A stretch of 64,000 bases of DNA from Chlorobiota bacterium. GTDB lineage: Bacteria > Bacteroidota > Ignavibacteria > OLB7. Location of the stretch: the NCBI GenBank assembly GCA_028287785.1, contig JAQBOZ010000017.1:72225-136224 (forward strand), written 5' to 3'. The notes below the pieces were generated by a model. That model saw only the letters and a list, made by a program, of their open reading frames with translations. It did no database searches and was not told where the DNA came from. The position numbers and the translations under genes are program-made. The stretch's first letter is position 1. Every line of letters starts with the position of its first letter. Shown piece after piece: positions 1-12,838 of the stretch.

Positions 1-1
1 C

Positions 2-535
2 CCATCGGTTGGAATAGACAACGCGGCCACCTACGCTGCCGACGTCTTCATCTTCATCCTCTCGCAGCCGCAGTCCCGCTTTCAGCGCAAGCTGGTGGAG
101 AGCGGCATAGCGCAGGGGGCCAGCATCAGTTACTACACGCAGCGTTACACCGGCCCTATCTCGGCATCGGCCACAACCACGCCGGACCGGACCAGGCAGG
201 CGATGGACGCGCTCTGGAACGAGATTCAGGCGTTCGATTCCCCCGATTACTTCACCGACGACGAGCTGGAGACATCGAAATCGATCCTCCGCGTCAGGGC
301 GCTTTACGAGAGCGAGGAGACATCGGACTGGGTCCATACGCCATCATTCTGGTGGAGCACCACCGGGCTGGATTACTATATCGGCTATCTCGACAATCTG
401 GCGAAGGTGACAAGGGCCGATATCCAGAATTACGTGCGGAAGTATATCAAGGGGAAGAATTATGTGCTGGGGGTTGGAACCGATCCGGCCACGCTGGCGA
501 AGCTCAATCTAAAGCCGGCGGAGGTGCTGCGATGA
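2..535 (+). CDS. M16 (insulinase/pitrilysin-like) peptidase, C-terminal part; the 5' end lies outside the window
   Basis: The frame is open from the window edge to TGA 533-535. The translated tail resembles the non-catalytic C-terminal domain of M16 peptidases. The stop overlaps the ATG of the next M16-like gene (ATGA at 532-535). Confidence 0.5.
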   Translation, partial: PSVGIDNAATYAADVFIFILSQPQSRFQRKLVESGIAQGASISYYTQRYTGPISASATTTPDRTRQAMDALWNEIQAFDSPDYFTDDELETSKSILRVRALYESEETSDWVHTPSFWWSTTGLDYYIGYLDNLAKVTRADIQNYVRKYIKGKNYVLGVGTDPATLAKLNLKPAEVLR

Positions 536-1992
536 ACAAGATCCTGATCAACGAATCAATCAGAACGATTGGAGAGAAGAAGCCCGTGGTGATCAAATCG
601 AAGCTCCGGCGCGCGGCCGGCCTGCGTCTGTCCCTGCTCGGCCTGGCCCTGCTGGCCGGGGTGTTCCCGGCGCGTGGCAACGCCGAGCCGTTTGCGCCGC
701 TGGTGAGGAACGTGAAGCAGTTCACGGTGGCCGGGATACCGGTGCTGTTACGGCCCAGCGATCCGGCGAACCATGTGATCGTCGCAAAGCTCTTTATTCG
801 TGGTGGAACCACCGCGCTTCCCGAGGGGGTTTCTCCGGCGGTCGAAGCGCTCTCGCTGGAGATTCCATCGCTCAGCGGGCCGAAGGGAATGGATCGCGCC
901 GCGTATCAGCGGCAGATTCAGCGGATGTATATCGGCATCCAGCCGGCGCAGGGACGCGATTTTTCCACGCTGACGCTCCGCTGTGTCGATGAACAGTTCA
1001 ACCCGTCGTGGGATCTGTTCGCGGGGGTGATCACGCAGCCGCAGTTTGATCCGGTCGAGCTTCGGAACGCGAAGGACCGGACGCTGAGCGCGCTGAAGAA
1101 CAGGCAGATCAACCCGGAGGCGTACGCCAACTATCTGGCCGACAGCGCCTTCTTCTACGGTCATCCGTACGGTCGGTTCGCGCAGGAGCAGGATATCCCG
1201 CCGATCACCGCGGCCATACTCGCCGATCATTACAGGGAGCTTTTCGTCAAGTCGCGCCTGCTGCTTGTGGTGGTGGGAAATGTCGATTCGGCCGATCTCT
1301 ACCGGAAGATCACCAGCTCGCTCGGAAAGCTGCCGCAGGGGAGCTATCGCGAGCCTCTGGTGCCGACGCCGAAGAACGCGAAAACGCCGATGCTGATCGT
1401 GCGTCCTACCGCCGGCCGCGCGGTGACCAACTACATCGCGGCGCGGTATCTGGCGCCGAACCGGAACGATTCGCTCTACTATCCGATGATGCGGCTCCTC
1501 AGCTTCGTCTCCGGATCGCTCTTCCGCGAGGTCCGCATCGAGCGCAACCTCAGCTATGCCCCGGATGCCGATGTGACGTTCGCCAATACATCGTATGGCG
1601 ATGTCACCATCTCCACCACGCTTCCCGATTCGGCCTGGCGCGTGGCACGGGGACAGGTGATCGATTTCTTCCGCGATTACGTGATCAAGGATGAGTTCCT
1701 GAAGTCGGGGCTGAGCAGCTGGATCACCAGCAATTACATGCGCGAGCAGACCAACGAATCGCAGGCGACCGAGCTTGGCCGGGCGCAGATCTATACCGGC
1801 TCCTGGGCCAACGCGTTCGGCGTGGTGGAGGGGGTGAGCGATGTGACGCCCGAGCAGATGAACCTGGCGGCGCAGCGATATCTGAAGAACTTCACGATTG
1901 TCGTGGTGGGGAACCCATCATCGGTGACCGCGTCGGAGTTTCTGCCGGCGCCGGCCAGTGGGGGCGGATCATCGCTCCATCATGGTAAATAG
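532..1992 (+). CDS. M16 family peptidase-like protein; no HxxEH zinc motif seen, so probably the non-catalytic partner subunit
   Basis: ATG at 532 overlaps the upstream stop. The 486-aa product has a signal-like N-terminus and M16 C-terminal-domain-like regions. The ORF-track start at 352 lies inside the upstream gene and is rejected. Confidence 0.55.
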   Translation: MNKILINESIRTIGEKKPVVIKSKLRRAAGLRLSLLGLALLAGVFPARGNAEPFAPLVRNVKQFTVAGIPVLLRPSDPANHVIVAKLFIRGGTTALPEGVSPAVEALSLEIPSLSGPKGMDRAAYQRQIQRMYIGIQPAQGRDFSTLTLRCVDEQFNPSWDLFAGVITQPQFDPVELRNAKDRTLSALKNRQINPEAYANYLADSAFFYGHPYGRFAQEQDIPPITAAILADHYRELFVKSRLLLVVVGNVDSADLYRKITSSLGKLPQGSYREPLVPTPKNAKTPMLIVRPTAGRAVTNYIAARYLAPNRNDSLYYPMMRLLSFVSGSLFREVRIERNLSYAPDADVTFANTSYGDVTISTTLPDSAWRVARGQVIDFFRDYVIKDEFLKSGLSSWITSNYMREQTNESQATELGRAQIYTGSWANAFGVVEGVSDVTPEQMNLAAQRYLKNFTIVVVGNPSSVTASEFLPAPASGGGSSLHHGK

Positions 1993-2022
1993 CGCCGACG
2001 GATTGCCGGGAGAATACAACTG

Positions 2023-2060
2023 AAACGGGCCGGGGATGCTGAGCATTTCCCGGCCCGTTT
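2023..2060. terminator. Bidirectional terminator hairpin between convergent genes
   Basis: Perfect 12-bp inverted repeat aaacgggccggg / cccggcccgttt with a 14-nt loop, located between the stop of the + gene (1992) and the stop of the - gene (2087). Confidence 0.6.
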
Positions 2061-2086
2061 CGTTATCGGCTGGACGTGTCGACGGG

Positions 2087-3205
2087 TTATCGTCGCCGGT
2101 CCATGAACTTCTTCCGTCGATTCCTGATGTAATCCACGAAGACGGTCTCCCCAAGCTGGTTCAGCCCCGAATAATATGCGCGACCGTGGTTTGCCTTCGT
2201 CAACTCCTCGACGAAGTTCACCAGATAGGGGTCCTGCGCCACCATGAAGGTGGTGATGGTGATCCCCTCGCGCCGGCAGGCCACGGCCTCATCGAGCGTC
2301 TTGTTGACGATGCGGGGATCGAGCCCGAAGGAGTTTTTGTAGAGCCGTCCGGTATCCTCGAAGATCGCCGATGGCTTGCCGTCGGTGACCATGAAGATCT
2401 GCTTGTTGGCGTTTCCCTTCCGTTTCAGGAGCTGGCGGGCCAGTTGAATCCCGGCGCGCGTGTTCGTGTGGAACGGTCCCACGGAGACAAACGGAAGCTC
2501 GTGGATATTCACCTCCCGAGCCTCATCGCCGAAGAGAAGGACATGAAGCCGATCCTTGGGGAAGCGGGTTGTGATAAGCTCCGAGAGGGCAAGCGCCACC
2601 TGTTTTGCCGGCGTGATCCTATCCTCGCCATAGAGGATCATCGAGTGGGAGATGTCCAGCATCAGCACCGTTGCCACGTTCGTGGTATGCTCCGTCTCGT
2701 GGACTCTGATATCATCTTCCACCAGCGAGAAGTTCGCAAGGTCGCCATCGCGTTTGAGCGCGTTGCTCAGGGTGCTTGTGGAATCGATGTTGGCGGTCTG
2801 ATCGCCGAACTCGTATTCGCGCAGATCGCCCGTGCGTTCCACGCCCGAGCCGGTGTAGGGAGTTTCATGCTGCCCGGTTCCCGATTTCTTCAGTGTCGTG
2901 AAGATCTCCCGCAGAGCATCCTGGCGGATTCTCTGGGCGCCTTTGCGGGTCAGATCGTAATCAGGCCCGCGTCCCCCCTCATTCTCGCGGATCAGCCCGG
3001 CTTTCTTCAGCTCGTCGATAAACTGTTCCATGGTCATATCGCCGAGGATGTTGTATTCCTCATCAATACGGCTCATCCATTCCAGCGCTTCATCGACATC
3101 GCCCGATGTCTTCGTCAGCAGGTAGCTGAACAGCCGGAAGAGCTGTTCCAGGCGTTCCTGGTTGGAGAGGAAGTCATCGGCCCACTCGGAGTATTGAATG
3201 ATCAT
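2087..3205 (-). CDS. VWA domain-containing protein, CoxE-like
   Basis: C-terminal von Willebrand A fold with a MIDAS-like DISHS motif. The N-terminal region resembles CoxE-type VWA proteins that usually partner MoxR-type AAA ATPases. Confidence 0.65.
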   Translation of the reverse strand: MIIQYSEWADDFLSNQERLEQLFRLFSYLLTKTSGDVDEALEWMSRIDEEYNILGDMTMEQFIDELKKAGLIRENEGGRGPDYDLTRKGAQRIRQDALREIFTTLKKSGTGQHETPYTGSGVERTGDLREYEFGDQTANIDSTSTLSNALKRDGDLANFSLVEDDIRVHETEHTTNVATVLMLDISHSMILYGEDRITPAKQVALALSELITTRFPKDRLHVLLFGDEAREVNIHELPFVSVGPFHTNTRAGIQLARQLLKRKGNANKQIFMVTDGKPSAIFEDTGRLYKNSFGLDPRIVNKTLDEAVACRREGITITTFMVAQDPYLVNFVEELTKANHGRAYYSGLNQLGETVFVDYIRNRRKKFMDRRR

Positions 3206-3322
3206 GGTTTCGGAACGTTATCGTACATCATTGCCCGGTACCGGATAAACACGGGGTTCGGTGGGACGTATTGTCCCGCGCGACGGCAATGTATCGAATA
3301 TGGGGGAGAGTGATTACAGGAG

Positions 3323-3350
3323 CGCCCTCTCCGGAATCCCGGAGAGGGCG
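3323..3350. terminator. Strong stem-loop between clpC and the VWA gene
   Basis: Perfect 12-bp stem cgccctctccgg / ccggagagggcg with loop aatc. No U-tract on either side, so intrinsic-terminator function is uncertain. Confidence 0.4.
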
Positions 3351-3388
3351 GCTCTGTACGTGTCGTGCATACCGGACGCGGGTCTGAG

Positions 3389-5968
<2,580 letters not shown>

Positions 5969-6688
5969 CCGGCAGCGGGCGGTGGCGCAATTGGTGAATG
6001 CTTTCCTCTGTCCCTTGTTCAGATGACGCCCGACAGGTGCGTGGCGTTCATCGTTCCGGCCTGGGGAGTTCCCTAATAGTGTGTTAAGTCGTAATCGCTC
6101 TCCTCAACCGCCATCGAGGCAGAGCTGTCCGCTATCGGCATGAGCGTTCTGTAGATCATGGGTACGATGTCGCCAGGGCGACGGATTGTCATACTTGCCG
6201 ACTCGAATGATGACATTGCTGCGGAGATCCGTGACAGATCGATTGTATAATGCTTTATACAACCACAATGGTTCCCGGTTTCAAGCCATCCGCCATATGC
6301 TCCAACTACTGTACCATTTCATCATCCCGAGGAGCATCAATAGGCTGAATCCAGCGGAAAACCGACAGGATGATCGCCTTTCCGCCATCGCCTCGATCTA
6401 TCGGTTTCCAACCGACGAAGCAGGTGGTCGCGCGATACGTGCCGGCGTTGATGCTGATAATAACCACTGGGGGAGGTCTTTACAAGGGAGGGGAGCAAAG
6501 TTTCGAGACTGAGCGATGTTTCCGCGATTGGAGCCATGCGGGCGTCCGGCGCACAAGGGGGGAGGGGGAGATGCTTTTCATCATTTGACACATTGTTTGC
6601 CGCTCCCTTTTTGGCTATCCCCACTCACTACCCGTAACTTTGCAGACTTCGATATATTTTCATCATAAACTTTCAGGAACCTGACCAG

Positions 6689-7843
6689 ATGCTGCAGTTA
6701 GATCTGACCGAAACCCATGAGATGATCCGCGATACCGCGCGCGACTTCGCACAGAACGAGGTTGCTCCCTCCGCCATTCATCGCGACATCAATGCGGAGT
6801 TTCCGTATGAGATCGTCAAGAAGCTCGGCGAGCTCGGGTTCATGGGAATGATGGTCTCCCCGGACTGGGGGGGCGCCGGCCTGGACGCCATGAGCTACGT
6901 GGTGGCAATGGAGGAGATCTCCAAGGTCGATGCATCGGTCGGCGTTATCATGTCGGTCAACAACTCGCTGGTCTGCTGGTCCCTGGAAACCTACGGCACG
7001 GATGACCAGAAGGAGCGCTTCCTCCGCCCGCTGGCGACCGGCGAGAAGCTGGGCGCCTACTGCCTCTCCGAGCCGGAGGCCGGCTCCGACGCAACCCAGC
7101 AGCGCACCACCGCGGTCAGGAACGACGACGGCACCTGGACGATCAACGGCACCAAGAACTGGATCACCAACGGCCTCACCGCCGATGTCTATCTGGTCTA
7201 CGCCCAGACCGACAAGGAGAAGGGCTACAAGGGGATAAGCTGTTTCATCGTTGAGAAGGGGACGCCCGGATTTACGCATGGGGTGAAGGAGGACAAGCTC
7301 GGCATCCGTTCCAGCGATACCTGCTCGCTCCAGTTCCAGGATGTGGTGGTGCCGCAGGAGAATATGCTTGGACCGGAGGGAAGAGGGTTCAATATCGCGA
7401 TGGAGACCCTGAACGGCGGACGTATCGGCATTGCCGCGCAGGCGCTCGGCATCGCCCAGGGGGCCTTCGAGGCGGCGACCAACTACGCCAAGGAGCGGAA
7501 GGCATTCGGCAAGCCTATCTCCAATCTTCAGGCCATCCAGTTCAAGCTGGCCGATATGGCCACCAAGATCGCGGCGGCGCGCGCGCTGGTTCACCGTGCC
7601 GCCTCCACAAAGGACAAGCACGAGCGGTACGTCCGCGAGGCCGCCATGGCAAAGCTCTACGCATCGAAGATCGCCGTGGAGGTCACGCTGGAGGCGATTC
7701 AGGTGCATGGCGGCTATGGCTACGTGCGCGAGTACAAGGTGGAGCGGTATCTGCGCGACGCGAAGATCACCGAGATCTACGAGGGAACTTCCGAGATCCA
7801 GCATATCGTGATCGCCCGCGAGATTCTTCGCGATGCCTCCTAA
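6689..7843 (+). CDS. Acyl-CoA dehydrogenase, short/medium-chain type
   Basis: A 384-aa product with the full ACAD fold signature, including the C-terminal YEGTSEIQ motif. Confidence 0.85.
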   Translation: MLQLDLTETHEMIRDTARDFAQNEVAPSAIHRDINAEFPYEIVKKLGELGFMGMMVSPDWGGAGLDAMSYVVAMEEISKVDASVGVIMSVNNSLVCWSLETYGTDDQKERFLRPLATGEKLGAYCLSEPEAGSDATQQRTTAVRNDDGTWTINGTKNWITNGLTADVYLVYAQTDKEKGYKGISCFIVEKGTPGFTHGVKEDKLGIRSSDTCSLQFQDVVVPQENMLGPEGRGFNIAMETLNGGRIGIAAQALGIAQGAFEAATNYAKERKAFGKPISNLQAIQFKLADMATKIAAARALVHRAASTKDKHERYVREAAMAKLYASKIAVEVTLEAIQVHGGYGYVREYKVERYLRDAKITEIYEGTSEIQHIVIAREILRDAS

Positions 7844-7986
7844 GCTGCCGGGTCGCGCAACGGCAATCGACAGGAATGATCAGCCAACGGCAAGCCCCGA
7901 CATCATCGGGGCTTGCTATTTTATGGCCCGCATGGTAATCTGATTCTCTCATAATCGTCGATGCCCGGTAATCGAGAACGCACGCG

Positions 7987-9648
7987 ATGCCTCCTCACTC
8001 ACCGGCCCGATATCAAGTGGTGATTGTTACAGCCTTGACCCTTCCACGTATATATCAGGTCCTCCTGATCGGCACCCTCTTCGGAGCCGTCGTTTCCTCG
8101 ATGGCGTGGGGGCAGCCCGTCGGGCCGGCGCAGACGGTGGTGCTGGAACATGCCGATACCTTCTCCGGCCATCAGGAAGGGGGGGAGGAGGTGAATGATC
8201 TCCTTGGGCATGTGCGGATCACACAGGGGCTGGTTCATATCGAGGCCGATCATGTGCTCCTCTATGCCGCGACCAATCGCGCCATCCTCACCGGCAACGT
8301 GAAGATGACCCAGCCGGAGATGACGCTCCTGACATCCCATGCCGAGTACGATGGCGCCACCAAGGTGGCAACCGCCACATCGGGGGTGACGCTGATAGAG
8401 TCGGCAGGGACGCTGACGGCCGGCTCCGGACGCTACTACATGTACGAGCGGCGCGCGGAGTTCGAGAACGGCGTGCAGTTGCAGGATGGGCATACCACGT
8501 TGCGGGCGGCATCGGGCGTCTATTATTCAATCGAGCAGAAGGCGAATTTCACCGGCGGCGTCACCGTCGATAACGATTCCGGCACGATCGTCGCGCGCGA
8601 CCTTACCTACTGGCGCGCATCGCGGGAATCGTATGCAACGGGGAATGTGGTGGTGACTTCCCGCCAGAGCGCGGCCGTGTTGATGGGGGATACCGTCAGC
8701 AACGTTCCGATCAGAGGCTATACGATCGCGCTCGGGCATCCCAGGCTGGTGAAGGTCGATACGGTCGCGGCGGCCGATTCGACCCGGTCGGTCAGGCGGG
8801 ATACCACGGTGATCACCGCGCGGAAGCTGGAGGCGTACCGTATCGGGCATGAGGAGTATATCGCCACCGACAGCGTCAGGCTTCGACGGGAGAAGCTGGA
8901 GGCGGTAGCGGCTCTGGCGCGCTTCCTTCCGGGGGAAAATGTGATCGGCCTGGGGTCGGGGCTGCGCCGCAACCAGGATAGCGCCGTTCACGACAGCACG
9001 AAAAAGGATACGGCCCATCGAAAGCCCGATTCCCCCTCCGTCGCCAACGATGCCGTTACAGGTGTTCCGCAGGCGCCGCAGAAGGCGGCCGGCATCTATC
9101 CGGTGGTCTGGTACGATCAATCGCAGCTTACCGGCGACTCGATCACGGTGGGCCTGCTGGAAAAAAAGCTTCGGACGATCGACGTACAGGGGAACGGCTT
9201 CGCGGTAACGCGAGGGAAGGTTCCCACACGATACGATCAACTTGCCGGCACCCGGCTCTTCTTCGATGTTCTGCAGGATACCATCCGCCAGGTGCGGTCG
9301 GAAGGGCTCGCCTCCAGCATCTACTTCGCCTATGAATCGGAACGCCCCAATGGGGTGAACCGGACGTCCGGCGATACCATCAAGGTGCGCTTTGCCGATG
9401 GTCAGGCGTCGAACATCAGCATCATCGGACGGCGGGCGCATGCCGAGGGGGAGTATTTCCCGGAGCAGATGGTGGCCGGGCAGGAGGTGATCTACAGGCT
9501 GGATGGGTTCCGGTGGATCGGCCGCGATGGATCGGTCGACGCGGGTGGAGGAGCAATCCCCAACGCGGGAACCGACCCGGAGATAAAGAAGAAGGAGGGG
9601 AACGGCGGAAACGGAGTGGGAGCTTCCACGCCGCGCATCCGGCAATAG
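7987..9648 (+). CDS. OstA/LptA-like domain protein
   Basis: The N-terminal 250 aa show the repeated OstA-like pattern (A..F.GNV......L..A..Y). A hydrophobic signal or anchor precedes WGQ. The exact start (ATG 7987 or in-frame GTGs at 8017-8022) is uncertain. The 399-aa antisense ORF 8527-9726 is treated as an artefact. Confidence 0.55.
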   Translation: MPPHSPARYQVVIVTALTLPRIYQVLLIGTLFGAVVSSMAWGQPVGPAQTVVLEHADTFSGHQEGGEEVNDLLGHVRITQGLVHIEADHVLLYAATNRAILTGNVKMTQPEMTLLTSHAEYDGATKVATATSGVTLIESAGTLTAGSGRYYMYERRAEFENGVQLQDGHTTLRAASGVYYSIEQKANFTGGVTVDNDSGTIVARDLTYWRASRESYATGNVVVTSRQSAAVLMGDTVSNVPIRGYTIALGHPRLVKVDTVAAADSTRSVRRDTTVITARKLEAYRIGHEEYIATDSVRLRREKLEAVAALARFLPGENVIGLGSGLRRNQDSAVHDSTKKDTAHRKPDSPSVANDAVTGVPQAPQKAAGIYPVVWYDQSQLTGDSITVGLLEKKLRTIDVQGNGFAVTRGKVPTRYDQLAGTRLFFDVLQDTIRQVRSEGLASSIYFAYESERPNGVNRTSGDTIKVRFADGQASNISIIGRRAHAEGEYFPEQMVAGQEVIYRLDGFRWIGRDGSVDAGGGAIPNAGTDPEIKKKEGNGGNGVGASTPRIRQ

Positions 9649-9736
9649 ATTCCCCCGGATCTGATAATGGGCCCTCTCGGCCCGCCCGTGGCCCCCTTCA
9701 GGGGCATAGTGTCGGCGCACGGGCAATTCTCACGCA

Positions 9737-10513
9737 ATGTACATTCGGACATCGACTATCATCCCCCGGTTACGATATCATATCGGCCGTCATGAGGCGA
9801 GTGGCCTGGCCGGTTCCTTGAGCGTGATCGTGCTGATGATCATGATCTGCTCACATGCCCCCCTGGCTGCCCAGACGGCGCCGGATACGATGCGCGTCGT
9901 GGTGGGGGACCCGGAGGGGGGCGATACGATGTGGCTGCCGGTTCCGGGGCATCTCTGGCGATTGTTCAGCACCGATACCACCGATATCACAAGACGGCAG
10001 ACGCCGCTTCACAGGCTGCGGACAACCGTCACGCTGGATCATCCCATGATCCGCGATTATCTGGACAGCCTTCAGAATACGCCGGAGGCGATCATGCGCC
10101 GCAACCTGGCGATGGACCCTTCCCTCTGGCGACCGACCGATGCCGATCGCGCCCGTCGCGACGACGATATCAAGCGATCGCAGGGATGGGATCAGATCTA
10201 TCAGAATATCCCCAGGGTCGGATTCTCCATTCCCCTCTCGTCGATCGGCCGGGCGCTGGGGCTGGTGGAGGATGTGACCCCGCGCATCAAGTACACGCTG
10301 CTGGCTACCGACAACGTCACCGTGAAGGTCTACGATCTGATGGCGCGCACGGTCGCGGTGATGGTCGATGGGGTGCAGTCGCCGGGAGAGTATCGGATGG
10401 ACTGGAATATGCGCGATGACAACGGCCATCGCGTAAGCTCCGGCGATTACGTTGCCGAGGTCGTGGTCGGCGGAAAGCGGCTTATGCTCAGGAAGCGGAT
10501 CGAGGTGCCATAG
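9737..10513 (+). CDS. Secreted hypothetical protein with T9SS C-terminal sorting domain
   Basis: The last ~75 aa match the type-A T9SS CTD pattern (V.VYD..R.V.......G.....W...D..G..V.SG.Y). A hydrophobic segment suggests a signal peptide, but the start is uncertain. Confidence 0.5.
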   Translation: MYIRTSTIIPRLRYHIGRHEASGLAGSLSVIVLMIMICSHAPLAAQTAPDTMRVVVGDPEGGDTMWLPVPGHLWRLFSTDTTDITRRQTPLHRLRTTVTLDHPMIRDYLDSLQNTPEAIMRRNLAMDPSLWRPTDADRARRDDDIKRSQGWDQIYQNIPRVGFSIPLSSIGRALGLVEDVTPRIKYTLLATDNVTVKVYDLMARTVAVMVDGVQSPGEYRMDWNMRDDNGHRVSSGDYVAEVVVGGKRLMLRKRIEVP

Positions 10514-10599
10514 CCGGCGATAACGTCCGTCAGGAAGTCGCGGCGGATGATGTTCTTCGATGGTTCGATAATGATTCATCAACCGATAAGGTGGGATCG

Positions 10600-10908
10600 A
10601 TGGGGCTGATTACCTGGATAATCATTCTTGGAGGGATGTCCTTCATGCTCTGGTACGGTTTCAACCTGCTGGTGCGGCGCCCCGGCATCGATGCCTCGGG
10701 CGATGGGCCGGGGCCGGTTGCGGCGTGCCATCTCTGTCGCCGGACGTTTCCGATCAGATATATGGTCAGCCGCGACAAGATGGCCGGCTTTATCAACTAT
10801 TTCTGCGGCGACTGCATCGAAGGGCTCTATAACGATTACATCGGCGCGCAGCGCGATGGGACCATCTCCCCGATAGAGAAACTGCGCGAAGGGATCAGCC
10901 GGAACTAG
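10600..10908 (+). CDS. Small membrane protein with CxxC...CxxC zinc-ribbon-like motif
   Basis: ATG 10600 is preceded by aaggtgg (SD-like). One TM helix is followed by CHLC...CGDC. Its stop sits 8 nt before dus. Confidence 0.45.
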   Translation: MGLITWIIILGGMSFMLWYGFNLLVRRPGIDASGDGPGPVAACHLCRRTFPIRYMVSRDKMAGFINYFCGDCIEGLYNDYIGAQRDGTISPIEKLREGISRN

Positions 10909-10915
10909 GCCGGCG

Positions 10916-11977
10916 GTGATGAACAGGCATTTCAACGATAGCTTTACTGACGATACCATGAATATTGGACCGATACATGTCGACCGCGGACTTCTCCTTG
11001 CCCCGATGGAGGACGTTACCGATCCGCCGTTTCGCAGAATCTGCAAGCGACTTGGAGCCGATATCGTCTACACGGAGTTCATCTCCAGCGAGGGGCTGAT
11101 CCGCGATGCCCGGCGTTCCAACCAGAAGCTGCTGCTGTACGAGGATGAGCGGCCGGTGTCGATTCAGATCTTTGGCGGCGATGAGAACGTGATGGCGGAG
11201 GCCGCCCGTATCGCCCAGGATGCGGGGCCGGATTTCATCGATATCAACTGCGGATGCTGGGTGAAGAATGTGGTTGCCCGGAACGCCGGAGCCGCGCTGT
11301 TGAAGGATCTGCCGGCGATGGCCCGCATGGCGAAATCGGTGGTGGATGCCGTGAAGCTGCCGGTGACGCTGAAGACGCGGCTTGGCTGGGATAAGAGCTC
11401 CATCCGGATCACGGAGGTGGCGCAGATGCTGGAGGGCGTTGGAATCCAGGCGCTTGCCATTCACTGCCGCACGCGCGATCAGGGGCATGAGGGGGAGGCG
11501 GCGTGGGAGTATATCGAGCAGGTGAAGAAGGTGGTAAGCATCCCGGTGATCCTCAACGGCGATGTGAAGACCCCGCAGGACGTGGTCAGGGCGTTCGATA
11601 CCGGCGCCGATGCCGTGATGATCGGTCGCGCGGCGATCGCCAACCCCTGGATCTTCAGCGATGCCAAACGCTACATGGCTACCGGCGTGCTGCCGGAGCC
11701 GCAGACGCTGGAGGAGCGCCTCCGGGTCGCGATGGAGCATCTCACGCTCTCGATCGAATCCAAGGGGGATCGTTACGGGATCATCGAGTTCAGGAAATAC
11801 TGGGGCGGCTACCTCCACGCGATGCCCCTGGCAACGCAGGCACGGAAGGATCTGGTGGTCCTTTCCGGCGCGGAGGAGATCATTGCGCGTCTTGACCGAT
11901 ATCGCGAGGAGGTGGCGGACTTCAACCGCAGGCGGGAGGAGTGGTCGGTGGAACGCGCGGATGGTGTGACCGTCTGA
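10916..11977 (+). CDS. dus: tRNA-dihydrouridine synthase
   Basis: Dus signature LAPMEDVTD, TIM-barrel FMN-binding region and a C-terminal helical domain. Alternative starts are ATG 10919 or ATG 10958. Confidence 0.8.
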   Translation: MMNRHFNDSFTDDTMNIGPIHVDRGLLLAPMEDVTDPPFRRICKRLGADIVYTEFISSEGLIRDARRSNQKLLLYEDERPVSIQIFGGDENVMAEAARIAQDAGPDFIDINCGCWVKNVVARNAGAALLKDLPAMARMAKSVVDAVKLPVTLKTRLGWDKSSIRITEVAQMLEGVGIQALAIHCRTRDQGHEGEAAWEYIEQVKKVVSIPVILNGDVKTPQDVVRAFDTGADAVMIGRAAIANPWIFSDAKRYMATGVLPEPQTLEERLRVAMEHLTLSIESKGDRYGIIEFRKYWGGYLHAMPLATQARKDLVVLSGAEEIIARLDRYREEVADFNRRREEWSVERADGVTV

Positions 11978-12062
11978 CGCACGATTATGCCGAATACAGG
12001 AAGGCCCGGCGGTGATCAGCACCGTCCGGGCCTTCGAACATTACGGGCCGTTCGGTTCCGGT

Positions 12063-12605
12063 TTATGCAACCGTCTCGGTCACGGGAGCCTTGACCAGCT
12101 CCAGCTCCAGCTCGATCTTCACATCCTCGCCGACCAGAAGGCCGCCCGTCTCGAGCGTCTGGTTCCAGACCAGACCGAAATCCTTCCTGTTGACCTTCGT
12201 GTGCGCGCTGAACCCGGCGCTCGTGGTTCCCCAGGGGCTGTTGGCAACGCCCGCGAACTCGGCCTCCAGTGTTACCGGCCTGGTGACGCCGTGGATCGTC
12301 AGGTCGCCGTTGATGCGAAGATCGTTGTTGCCCGCCTTCTCCACCGATGTGCTCTTGAACGCGATGTTCGGGTACTGCTCCGCGTCAAAGAAGTCCGGCG
12401 ATTTCAGATGGCCGTCGCGCTGCGGATCGCGGGTGTTGATGCTGGCGACATCGATCGTGACGTCAACCTTGAGGTTCTCCAGATTCTCCGGATCGAAATC
12501 GACGGTGCCGGTGAACTCCTCGAAACGCCCGCGGGCGTTCGAGATCATCATGTGACGGACGGAAAACTGAATCTGTGAATGCGACGGGTCGATGTTCCAT
12601 GCCAT
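12063..12605 (-). CDS. YceI family protein
   Basis: YceI-like 8-stranded beta-barrel pattern (SHSQIQFSVRH...GRF..F.G...FDP). Start taken at MAWNID (12605). The longer ORF-track start at 12710 is unsupported. Confidence 0.65.
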   Translation of the reverse strand: MAWNIDPSHSQIQFSVRHMMISNARGRFEEFTGTVDFDPENLENLKVDVTIDVASINTRDPQRDGHLKSPDFFDAEQYPNIAFKSTSVEKAGNNDLRINGDLTIHGVTRPVTLEAEFAGVANSPWGTTSAGFSAHTKVNRKDFGLVWNQTLETGGLLVGEDVKIELELELVKAPVTETVA

Positions 12606-12838
12606 GAGTGTCTCTCCTGTTTTGCTGAATGACGATTGAATTTCTCCGTTGATCATCCGCCGGGCCGATCGCGGACGATCGGAGCGCGAGGATGATCCAT
12701 AGGGAGGCAAGTTAATGCCGGAACAATATCAGTTGCAACGGATATTGTTGTGACGATTGTTTAATGTGAAGAATCTTTCAGCTTTCAAAGCCCCAATATG
12801 CTGAAATTTGACCACAATGGCCGAATTTATTGAGAGGA

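Noticed and set aside
352-531. Upstream extension of the second M16-like gene
   Set aside because: It overlaps the C-terminus of the preceding gene in another frame. ATG 532 forms an ATGA overlap with the upstream stop, which is the usual coupled arrangement.
6186-6624. Small ORFs (72-108 aa) in the clpC/acyl-CoA dehydrogenase divergent region
   Set aside because: They overlap each other on both strands, have no start context or motifs, and lie in a probable promoter region.
8527-9726. 399-aa ORF on the minus strand
   Set aside because: It lies entirely antisense to the OstA-like gene, has no recognisable motif and a Pro/Arg/Gly-rich composition typical of spurious ORFs in high-GC DNA.
12606-12838. 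Possible preQ1 riboswitch near queE
   Set aside because: queE is downstream of pheS and starts inside its stop codon. The AT-rich stretch here lies after queE and upstream of the YceI gene, and has no preQ1 aptamer-like hairpin with an A-rich tail.
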